From positions 1 through 64,000 of IMG/VR virus record IMGVR_UViG_3300047471_000466: a stretch of DNA of 64,000 nt; one strand, 5' to 3'. Shown piece after piece: positions 38,702-49,034 of this stretch; within the stretch, counting starts at the first letter, position 1, and every line of letters begins with the position of its first letter. The stretch comes from a virus. A program made the translations under genes and the position numbers. A model generated the notes under the pieces. That model saw nothing but the letters and a program-made list of their open reading frames with translations, was not told the origin of the DNA and searched no databases.

Positions 38702-39195
38702 GTGGTTTTAGTATAGCATGAAATTTCTAGAAAAAAATTTTTCTCTGTCGGTGATATACGCTCACACGCGGGACAGTATGGGGACGTGACGCGATAGGGG
38801 CGGGGCGGTCTGATGCAGCCCTAGTAGTGCAGACACGATCTGCACCCAGTAAAGGGTAAACGGATGAAGTCAGTAGGTAGTAGTAGGTAGTGAGATTTCT
38901 CTGGGGAATGTCAGACGCCTTGACAGTGTTGCGAGTAGCCTTGGCACAGTGTAGTAGATGCAATCACTACATTCGGAAGGACGCAATAGCGAGTAGCTCA
39001 ACAAGCGTAAGCAAACCTGCACAGCCCTCACTGAACGACGAATAGACCAAACTTCAAGCCAGAAAAAGCCAGTGAACCTGTATCACTGAAGCACTGCTGC
39101 ACTGACCTATGCATAACATACATAGGTTAGACAACATAGCGGAAGTTAGACATGTAGTTGAAGCTGTGCTGCTCCCCAAGCGGGGACAGTCAGCC

Positions 39196-39459
39196 ATGAC
39201 TGCAATCTATCGAAACGGGAGAACATTCGGAAAAGTGCCGATGCGCGCCTTCACAGGTAGCAAAGGTCGTTGCCGTGAGGCTTCACGTTGGGAATTCAAT
39301 CCCCAAACGTTGAAGGAAGCGGAAGTTTTCCGGGGCAAGCGCGAAGATCGTAGTAAGCACATTACTGCATGGTCACCTTGCCCAACTGCGCCAATCGAAA
39401 CTCCAATGAGTTTTTACCAGCGCAATATGTTCAAACGTTTCCACCGTGTAGCCTCGTAA
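39196..39459 (+). CDS. Possible early hypothetical protein
   Basis: Basic ORF, start uncertain. Confidence 0.4.
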   Translation: MTAIYRNGRTFGKVPMRAFTGSKGRCREASRWEFNPQTLKEAEVFRGKREDRSKHITAWSPCPTAPIETPMSFYQRNMFKRFHRVAS

Positions 39460-39795
39460 GAGGCTGCATAGGTCAGTGTAGTAATGCTTATTACAACTTT
39501 GCGATATTGCTTCAATGTCGCATTGCACCAGTGATTCAAGGTCGCATCCCTGAATTATTATGCGTTGGCTATAACAACGCTTTAAGGGTGAATGAGCATC
39601 ACAACACTATGGGCACGCTAGGTGTTTAGTGTGACAGGCACGTTATGTGTCTGTCTGTGATTCTGCTAGGTCATATTGTTGCATTGGTGCAATGTCGCAA
39701 GGCTACATAGGTGAATAGTTTAATTCAACTAATGTTTTGTGGCGTTTGCGTGGTGCAACGGACTTGGCAGATAACAGACAGCGAAAGGAACAACT

Positions 39796-40266
39796 ATGGA
39801 CAACCAAATTGTTCCCGCAAACTCTGTTACGTTGGCAGAGATTGATGAGTCGGAAGACTTGGGTCAATACAACAAGCCAACTGTGTCTGCGTTCATCGCA
39901 GCACAGCACGGCATCGTATTGTCCAAGGGCAATCGCAATCTCAAGTTTATTGTGGCTTCACTTGTGAAGTCCGGTAAAACTGAGGCGGCTGCAAAAGACC
40001 TCGTTAAACTCGGTCGCAAAGCGCATGATAAGCATGTTGCCGGATATTACAAAAATATCCGTGCGGTCAATGCTGTCATTGCGGCAGACCCCGATTATCG
40101 CCAGTCCATGAAAGTCTGGCGCAATAAAAAGGGTGATCTTTGTGCCAACACGATGTACCGCAAAGCGGGTGTCGTGTCCTCTGCAACGTATGAGGCAATG
40201 CGGGACGAATTGGCTGCGCTCAAGGCAATTGTGAAAACATTGCCTGCTGCGCCAGTCAAGGCGTAA
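39796..40266 (+). CDS. Early hypothetical protein (basic)
   Basis: AAAGGA SD; 156 aa. Confidence 0.75.
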   Translation: MDNQIVPANSVTLAEIDESEDLGQYNKPTVSAFIAAQHGIVLSKGNRNLKFIVASLVKSGKTEAAAKDLVKLGRKAHDKHVAGYYKNIRAVNAVIAADPDYRQSMKVWRNKKGDLCANTMYRKAGVVSSATYEAMRDELAALKAIVKTLPAAPVKA

Positions 40267-40394
40267 ATCGGTGTCTGCTGCAATGCTCAATGGTAGCATT
40301 GCAGCAGCAATCGCTTTATGCGAATGAAAAGTCTGAGGCTTTGGCCTTTGCCGCCAATATAAGACTCAGCATAGCGTTCGCATAAAGCACAACT

Positions 40395-40535
40395 GTGGAA
40401 AAGCTAATCGTCCAAATAATCCGACGACTTGACGCTCCATGCTATGGCGATTTGCCGCTAACTGCGGCTACTCTCGCCAATATCTTGGAGCAGGAGTTGC
40501 TGGATTATACTGTCGCCCAAGAGGCGAAACAATAG
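40395..40535 (+). CDS. Small early hypothetical protein (46 aa)
   Basis: GTG ORF lying exactly between two hairpin elements. Confidence 0.45.
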   Translation: MEKLIVQIIRRLDAPCYGDLPLTAATLANILEQELLDYTVAQEAKQ

Positions 40536-40579
40536 TTGCGGTGTCGGCTGCTCCTTAGGGAGCAGCTTGACCGCTATTA

Positions 40580-41605
40580 CGCGGAATAGTTAGGCGACTT
40601 ATCGCCTTGTGCGGCGCATGGAACGCCTGTGGGAAAGGGAGACTTGTCTCCATGAAACACATCCATGCCACAAGCCACAGTGTAACTCAGGCAGGTTCTT
40701 CAGCACCGTAAACCTTGAAAGTGAAAAACGGGCTTATTGTCGTAATGCGACACTGCTGCCTTGCAACAGGGTTCCGTGAAAAATTGGCACGGCGGAAAGC
40801 CAATACCGATGTTGCAAGGTAGCCAGTCGCATTGTGAAATGCCAGCGGCGGGCTAATAGCCGTGTGTCGAAAGATACCAAACAGAAGCAATGCGGCCTTC
40901 CGTCTCCTAAGGTGAGAGTGAGACACATATAGAACTGGGCGCACGTTGCGTCCACAAGCAGGTTCGTATGGTAAGAGTAACGGGCGGCGGCCATAGCTGC
41001 GTAAGGTTTCCCGACGCCTAGACGAATAGATGAAGACCTGACAACAGCGTGTAGGAGCGATTGAGGTTGATAGTTCCAATCAGCATTGCTCTGAATCTAA
41101 AACGAACGTGCTATCTCTGCGGCAGTCTCTTTTTGGTGATGGAGCCGTGGGTATGAAACCAACGCAGGTTGGGAAGCTGCGATATCAAGGTTCCGCAAAT
41201 AGAACGATGCAATAATAGCATTGCGACGTGCTGCGGCGTGGATGGTTGCTATTCTATTCCACGCCGTAGTGGTCGCGGTGTAAAGAAGTTAACGGGTAAA
41301 GTCCACCCTTTTGTGGTTCCGTGCTTGCTCCTCTGCGACGTGAATGTTGCTACGATAATGCGCATCGTGTTGCGACACTGCAGCATTGTTTCAAGGTGCC
41401 ATAATAAATTCAGGCAAGGCAGTCTGATACCTGTGAGCAATGCTGCATAGCCGCAATACTCCCGATTGCAGCACAATCGGTGTCGGTATTGCAAGGCTGA
41501 CCTAACAGCTACAATCAAATGGGCATAGCGGAAGTGTAGTTCCGCCTTGGTGTTTGCGACACACGCGGCATTACGACGGTAGTGCTGCGGAGCCGCAATT
41601 CTGCG
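40580..41605 (+). ncRNA. Candidate large structured non-coding RNA (about 1 kb)
   Basis: No credible plus-strand ORF; many 11-14 bp stems whose G-U pairs favour the plus strand; GNRA loops; potential end-to-end pairing. Confidence 0.55.
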
Positions 41606-41615
41606 GAAAAAGGGG

Positions 41616-41801
41616 GTGAGTTATATAAAAGCTGAAGTAAAAAACAATACTTTGTTTATTGAGATTCCACTCCAAACACCCACGGCCAGCGGTTCGGGCA
41701 AGAATCTTGTGATTGCCTCGACTCACGGAATCACGGTGTCTGGAGCATCTTTCAATGGCAATCCCGTCAAAATCGGGCTAAATGCCTTTGTGAAGGCGTA
41801 A
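41616..41801 (+). CDS. Small conserved-type hypothetical protein
   Basis: S.SGK..VIAST.G...IGLN pattern. Confidence 0.7.
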   Translation: MSYIKAEVKNNTLFIEIPLQTPTASGSGKNLVIASTHGITVSGASFNGNPVKIGLNAFVKA

Positions 41802-42099
41802 TTCTCGAAGTCGTGGCTCTGGCAACAGAGCCACGCATTCGGTAATTGTAGTGAGTTCGATTGTGGACTTAAAATTACCAAGCCACGCATGGTAAACAAA
41901 CCGTGCTGTTTGCAATCCTGTAAGCCGTGGCTAAATACTTTGTGTGAGTGAGATAATCAGGTGAGGTATGCGCTACCAAAATACTGACGATGGAAAAGCT
42001 GGTAAAGGATGAGGAGCGCAGGTTAATCCTTGGCTTGAATCCCTACCCACTCACACAATTCAATTTGCCGCGTGGCGGCTAACATGTAGGATAAATATT

Positions 42100-45000
42100 A
42101 TGAGTCCAATCATTCTTTTCCTTCGTGTTTTCGGGAAGAAAGACCCAACTCAGACGACGGGTGATTTCAAGAATGAGTGCGGAAACCTCACTCAGGACAG
42201 GACATTCGTTGCTGAAGTGGAAGCTTTCGCCAAGAAAACTGGCATTATTCCGGAAACCGAAGTCATCAGCTAATCGCTGTCGCAGCCTTGGAAACAGGGC
42301 TGCGCAAGCGGTGAGTTTTATGAACGCGTATTACTACACGAACGTCAAAAACGTTCCCTTTTTAATGATGATAGTCTACGCCAAGGATATTGAAGAGGCC
42401 GATTGGTTTTTTCAAAAACAAACAGGCGTCAATCCGAATAAGAATTCATTTATCACTTGTCGAATTGAGTTTAATTCGACTCCAATTGTATGGAAAAAAT
42501 AACCCTGAATAACAGGCTCGTATTACGCGGCCCTTTGGGCTGGCTCTACGAGCCTCAATGGGAAGGCCAAGACGGGCTTTGCGCAAGCTGCGGTAAGCCG
42601 CTGTCAGAGCATCCTGATTGGATTTTGCCTGATCGTGTGGTTAAATACTGCAATGTTTCCAAATCTTGATGCTTTAGTTATTCCAGTCGGCCTGGTTATT
42701 GTCGTAATTCTTTTTGTGCATGCCATTCTGGCATCGCTTCCGTGAAATATGGTTAACGAACATCCAACTATGGAAGAAGACATTCAAAGCCGTGTAGCGG
42801 CTGATGAAGAAATCACCAAGTTGCAGCGAGTCAAGGAGAATATTCTGAAAACTGCGCTTGATGATGATACCAAATGGCGATGGATTCGTCGAATAGACGC
42901 TGAAATCGCCAAACGATTATGATAGAAATAATCCGAAAAGACGGCTCGTGGATAAAGTTCTCATGTCCTGAGTGGAACTATCTGTCCCCTGCTGCTCAGA
43001 AAGACATTATCAGGAAGTTACAAGAAAATCCGGTTAACATTATCTGGCCTCGGCCTGAGACTTGGCATAAACGAGAAATTGTTCGATCACACGGCGAACT
43101 GAAAACTCCGTGATGGCGGTAGGCTTGCCATTTGTTTCTAGCAAGCTGCGCTAGCTTACCGAGATTCGTGTGAGCCCCGCTCCCCTGCGGCCATGTCCCG
43201 ATAGGGTTTGTTACATGGCCGCAGCGAGCAGGGTTTTCCTGCTGAAAGGGGGTGAAAATAAATGGTTACAGTTAGAATACGCCGATCTAAATGGTCGCGT
43301 GGTAACTGCGATTCCAGCAATATGTTGTTGGTTAAAGACGGAAATCCCAGACTAAACAAGTCCTTTAGATCAGGAAATATGTGTTGTTTGGGTTTCGCTT
43401 GTCTGGCTTTAGGGGCCAAGAAAAAAGACATTCTTGACCAAGCTATGCCGGACATGGTCGCCGACGACGAGGCAAGAGAAAAGTTAAAGGGATTGGTGAA
43501 TAGTCACGGCGACAGCAGCCAGTTTGCGTTGGATGCTGCAGAAATAAACGATAATGATGAGATTTCAGATCGTGAAAGAGAGCGCGAGTTGCGGCAGTTA
43601 GCCAAAGAAAATGGGTTTAGGTTCGTGTTTGTTCCGTAAGTCTTGCTTCCCTGCTACCGTGGTTTTCACGGTAGCAGTCAGCAACGTTTACCGTTGCGAA
43701 CTATGAAACAACACATAAAGACAGTAATCGCTGAACTGCGAAATCCAAACAGATCGTTGCGGCACAATCTCGCAATTATCCGTTGGAGAATGCAGTATAA
43801 CTACTGGCAATAAGTGAATAAGTGGGGCTGAGAATCAATGGTATTCTCAGCCCCATCCTTCACTTATTTTCGTGGGTGAACGGTGAAAAACCTAGTAGCT
43901 AATGCGGAACGGAAGCTTGGTGAGCAACCCGTTAGTTCTAAAACACCAAAGCCCATGCACGGTTCTACGCTGTGCATGGGCAACCAATTTATGAAGGTAA
44001 AACTAACAGACAGAGTCGTAGACGTTGAAGTCGTTAGGATGAACACTCGCACAATGTGGGTTCGTCTTCCCGATGGAAACGTTATTAAACGTCATAAGCG
44101 CAAACATGTGGTGACAGAAAATGAAGGACAATCGTGAACCAGAGTCGAATCCTTTAACAAAAAAAGAATTCGATGAAATTCTCAGGAGAACGGATGGCTT
44201 CGAGTCTTTCGTTCCTACTTGTGAAGATATCGTAAGATATCGTTCTCAAGCTACTCGGCTACTATTAAAGTTGCCTTGTTGGGGTTGTCCGGTGGAAGCC
44301 CAAATCACAAAAGTTGTGAATGGAGGAGAATACTTCGTGTATTCAATCCTTGGTATGACAAACCACTGGGCTTGTATCCGCGAGGTAGAAATTTTATACA
44401 TGTTTCCGCCTCAAGAGTTAACGGAACGAATTCGTGATTTAGAAACACCCGTAGTAACTGTGGGAGAAGTGAAGAAAGTCCTAAAGAAAGCGGATAAAAC
44501 TAACAAGCAAATAGGTAAAACATTAAAAGAGTTATTTGATGAACAAACCAAGAAACAGAAACGTTAAGAATCGTGCAGCAGCACGGTCTCCAGGTAAACG
44601 GGCACGATTACCAGTTAATGGAGCGCCGCAACAATTAACAAACCCTAAATTCATGAGTTCGCCTCAGAAAAAGGCGTTTGCTGAAGGTGTGGAGATTTGG
44701 GTATGATTTCTGAAGAAATTGAGCGGGCAATGGAAGACCTACAGGAACAAATTAGCACTTTACGATCAAAAGTTCATTATCAAGATGATCGAATACGCGA
44801 ATTAGATAACAGAATCTATGATTTAGAGGCAAAAACATGACACACATACAAGAATACCTGACAGGACAGATTAGTTACACCGAAATGTGGCGGGAACTCG
44901 CCGATTCCGGTGAGTTGGATTTATTGCCTTTGGCGGTAGAGTAATCCGGTGGCCGCTGCATTCGAAAGAATGCAGCGTGACCGGTTTATGAAATTTCGTA

Positions 45001-45892
45001 TGAGATTAATACTCGACTGTCTGCATCGCAGATATTATTTATGGACAAGAAAGCATTGGAAACATTGGCGTTGGATTTGGCCCTTCTGATTCTTCAAACA
45101 GATTTATACACAGAGAGGCCGGATATCAAGGAGAAAGTCGATCAATTGATCACTATAACATTGGTGAAATTATGAATGAAAATGAGTTGTGGAGCGAGCA
45201 TATTCGACGAAATCCCTTAAGAATGAATCAACTTCGTCAAGATAACGATGAAGGACAGAATAACGAACCTCCAGAGGAACTAAGCGAAAGCTTTGTCCAC
45301 ATGGTGGAAACATCAACGCCTATATGACAGATAAGCGATACCAAGAGTTGATGGGAGAAGGCGGCGAAGGAGATGCTGCTGAAACTCCAATGTTGTCCGA
45401 AGCAGAACAAGACGAAGGATGGCATTTCTGTAACGAGTTCGATGGACTTTTGGTGCAAGGCGACCCGAAGGAAAAGTATTGCGGGAAGGCTTGCATCGAG
45501 TGGTGTAGAGGAAAATAAAACATGAATATACAGTTTGTTAGACCCGCCGCTGTTCGTGGCTGGTGTAAACCCAAAGCGTTGTTAAAGATTTTGTATCACT
45601 CTCCTTCGATTGGAATCGATCAATGTATTTGGTTGGAGTCCGGTTCGCCGGATAACAAAAGAGAGGCAGACGAAATAAACGCAGTAATGAATGAAATAGT
45701 ATGCAAACTACAATGATAAACCAACAGACAGAAACAACATACATACACAATCCCTTGGAACGAGGCGTAATCCCGCCCAAGCAACGTGGCGCTTGCCGCC
45801 ATTTGCTGGGGCAATACGACCCGCTGTTACACGCTTGGTGCAATGGAGTATTGCTTCTTGTAACAGGGGAGAATTTGTATCCGAGAGTTTAG
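42100..45892 (+). other. Run of small early genes (42100-42273, 42320-42502, 42490-42669, 42749-42922, 42919-43113, 43262-43639, 43703-43813, 43991-44137, 44121-44567, 44837-44944, 45324-45518, 45522-45716, 45701-45892)
   Basis: Dense co-oriented short ORFs separated by hairpins. Confidence 0.6.
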
Positions 45893-46446
45893 GACGCGTC
45901 CTCAATCTGAGGAGCTTCCGGTCGCACTTCGTAAGCTTCGATAATCTGCGCCTCGGCGTGGCCTTCAACAGCTTCGTTAATATGCACTAAAGTTTGCTGG
46001 ACTACGGAATCATTCTCTAGTCCAGCAGCCCTTCGTGCAATTCGATCCGCAATGTCGAGTTCCTTGAAATCTTTCGGGGCTCTCGCTCTGAACTTCTTTA
46101 GAGAAGTGTTCGCAATTTTGAACGCTTGTTCGCGGTGCGATTCGCCACTTTTACCCCAGTCTCTTTTGTCGCCTTTCTTTTGTTCCGCCAAGAGTTTTTG
46201 TTTGTCTCTGTGATTTATCATTCGCCAACCGTTACGCTTGGCGCGGGAGCAAATTGCTTGGGAAGTGAGTTTGAATCTTCGAGACGCTTCTGCGACGGTG
46301 AGGAAAGAAGTATCTTGTTTTCTATTCGACGGGACATTGCAAGCTTCTTCGATCATATCCCAAGCGATTACTTCGCCATCGGCGTTTTTGATGGTGGTGG
46401 TTGCGACTCCTGGTTTTGACTGATTTTCTGGTAAGCCCCAAGGCAT
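45889..46446 (-). CDS. Terminase small subunit-like HTH protein
   Basis: W..I...T..E.SRRF.LT..AI.SRAKRNGW HTH typical of TerS N-termini; helical middle; E...V tail. Confidence 0.55.
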   Translation of the reverse strand: MPWGLPENQSKPGVATTTIKNADGEVIAWDMIEEACNVPSNRKQDTSFLTVAEASRRFKLTSQAICSRAKRNGWRMINHRDKQKLLAEQKKGDKRDWGKSGESHREQAFKIANTSLKKFRARAPKDFKELDIADRIARRAAGLENDSVVQQTLVHINEAVEGHAEAQIIEAYEVRPEAPQIEDAS

Positions 46447-46480
46447 TAATTAATTTTACACAACAGAAAGGAAAAAGCAA

Positions 46481-49022
46481 TTGAAAGAAATACAAGAGTT
46501 TAAACATAAATTAGGTATTTTAAGGGATTCGCTCCGCGTAAAGTTAGTGGAGCTTGAGAAAATTCAGAGTGAATTTTCCAATATGTCCGAGAGTTTAGAT
46601 CGGGCTGTTGAGGGGTTGACTGATTCAGTAGACAGTTTGAGCGCAGAAGTATGATACGATACGAAATTAGAGAAAGAGCCCCGATTTTCGGGATAGGCTG
46701 GATTGTTCGCGCCGCGTTTGACAACGTTGGTGACGCCCGAGGTTATTGGTCTACAGCAGTATTTGATGGGGTGGAGGCGGAATTGGTGCAGATTAAATGC
46801 ACTGAAACCCGTCAACACTACCATTCTGCGGATGGAACGGAAGCCTATTAATTTTATGAAACTAGGAAGCCCTGAAGCAATGAGACAAGAACCCTCGAAC
46901 CATGGTTGGGAAGAGAGGGAAGCAGAGCGGGATGAAGCGGAGCGTAAAGCAGAAGAGTTAAAAGAACTCGAAGTTCACATTAAGAAAATCTTAATCGAGA
47001 CTGAAAATTCGTGGATAATTAGGAATCTTCAGCCAGTTATTGCAAACTTATCTCCACGAGTGTATATCGAAGAGGCGATCTTGGCTAACCAGACTCCACG
47101 ATTTGATTATCTCGCCGCCAAGAGCAAGACGAGCGAAATCATAAATGAGTGGACAGAAATTCAAGAAGAAAAGTATCGTCTAGCTGATATGGCAGCAGCA
47201 AAACAAGAATACGACGCTGCAACGCCAGCGGAGAGAGCGAAAGTTCTCGGAGAAGAGGATGAAGACGAATGTCCCCATGACGAACACGATCATGGTATTT
47301 GTTTGGATTGCGGCAAGGATATATGGGACGATGTGGTAGCTGCGGCTGAATTTAGAGCAGATAGTTTGGAGGATAGATGAACGCTAAAGACATTCACCAG
47401 TTGGCCGTTCAAATTTGGATTAAAGAGAGCCCTTTAGCTGGAAAAATTCCTGATCGTAAAGAAGTAGAGTTTTTACGAGCGTGGATTCGCTCAACAATAG
47501 AAGGATTAAGAATTTACAGGCTATGCAAAAAGCAATGATTATGTGGCCCTATCTCTGTTCCCGTCTTGGCTCCTTCGCTTTACCAAGATTACGAAGCACT
47601 GTCTACGCCAGACGGAACCAATGGCGATCAATTTATGAACACTTACCTCGCAGTAAAAGATGATCGAGTTATCGCACGAGCCGATTCTCGTGGAGAACTT
47701 TGTTTGCAAATTATGTCAGTTTTGGTTGATGATGCGGGTAAAGTTTTTATAGGAACCAATCAAGATTCGATATCATACGACCCAAAACAGTGGTCAAAAG
47801 AAGAGGCTTTTAGAGATTTTGTGAGATACCGAATGAAACACAAACTACCAAGCGGGGTAGAAGTATTTTATTGTGAAAGAATATGAAAACGTATGTAACC
47901 GTCTGCAAGAATGTAATCTTGCGAAACCTAAAACGAGGAAGGAATGACCCGCCGATTCGCGTCAGCAGGGGTAAGTATGGTCGTGCTAGTCATCACCATA
48001 CTTACCGAAACGGACGAATAACTGTGCGATCAGAAATGCACGAACCGTTGCCTTGGGGCGCAAGAGTGTGGGTGGAGATAGAAGACTAAGCAAATGAGTA
48101 CTGAAATAGCGGAAGTAAAAGGCAGGTATAACAAACTTGATCTCTCGCAATTTTATGGCGGGAAAAAAGAAGGACTGTGTTTGCAGTTGACTCCGTGGCC
48201 TCCTGACCCAACCGGAGCCTATGTTCAGTTTACCAAAACCCAAGTCCAACAACTCGTTCGTGAATTGCAGAACTGGTTAGGTGAAACAGAGTTGCCTTGG
48301 GAGCCTGCAGATGGGCAAGATTATCGAGATCAAGAATGAAAATCATAGGAGATACACAAATAGTTAGAACCGTTCCTCTGTCAGAAGACATGGGCGGGAT
48401 TGCGGAATGGGAAATCCCTGTCGCCTTCAACGTTGAAGAATTGTATAAAGGCAGCGAGGAACCAGACGACCCCTCTACTTGCACTATAAATGAGCGGGTG
48501 AAAGTGTTGGAAGACACGGGCCCGTTTAAAGTAGGCGACATGTTAGTCCTTACAGGAGAGGAACAGCGAGAAATAGAACAAGAGGAATTACAAAATCAAT
48601 TATGAAAAACATACCAGAGACTTATCGAGGGTCTTCCTCGGGGTTCATTAAAAGAACAAAAAAACCGGTGATCGACATCGTTCTCCAGAATGGTTATATC
48701 TACGACATTGTGGACATTCCAAAAGGAACCACGATAAGAGTTTTTGATTACGATACAGACGGAATTGACGCCGATCAGTTACGTAACTCGCCCTACGATG
48801 AGGGCAAACAAGCAGTATTAACATATTGGGAATAACATGAGAGCAACAATAGAAGATCTAATTAAAGATTTTAATGACGTAGCGAATCGAAAGAATCCAA
48901 GACTCCCGTTTGATTTATATGAGGGCATCCGAGATATCATTGATACCTTTGGTGGCAAAGCATCAGATGCAGGGAAGTTTTTTGAGGAGTATAGACGAAC
49001 TCGACACATCGACAAAATATAA
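46481..49022 (+). other. Run of hypothetical genes (46481-46654, 46651-46851, 46856-47380, 47566-47886, 47883-48089, 48094-48339, 48336-48605, 48602-48835, 48837-49022)
   Basis: Coupled plus-strand ORFs. Confidence 0.6.
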
Positions 49023-49034
49023 CAGAAGGAATAA

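Noticed and set aside
40609-41200. Possible ORF-less group II intron (GTGCG at 40609; domain V-like GAGCCGTGGGTATGAAACCAACGCAGGTT at 41142-41170)
   Set aside because: The DV-like hairpin has an extra bulge and a non-GNRA loop, GTGCG lies inside a local stem, and no DVI or interrupted gene is evident; still worth an Infernal check
40720-41310. RNase P-like words (AAAACGGGCTTAT, GGTAAGAG, GGTAAAGTCC)
   Set aside because: Wrong order and no convincing P4 helix; likely chance
40687-41518. Track ORFs of 86-130 aa within the structured region
   Set aside because: Mostly antisense or weak starts, no SD or coupling, and atypical Arg/Cys-rich composition
39135-41535. CATAGCGGAAGT occurring twice
   Set aside because: A single 12-mer match over a few kb is compatible with chance
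41984-42000. Hammerhead-like CTGACGA...GAAA
   Set aside because: No stem II or flanking stems I and III
38800-45000. CRISPR-like array or tRNA cluster in the gene-poor region
   Set aside because: No regularly spaced identical repeats and no cloverleaf with a T-loop consensus seen
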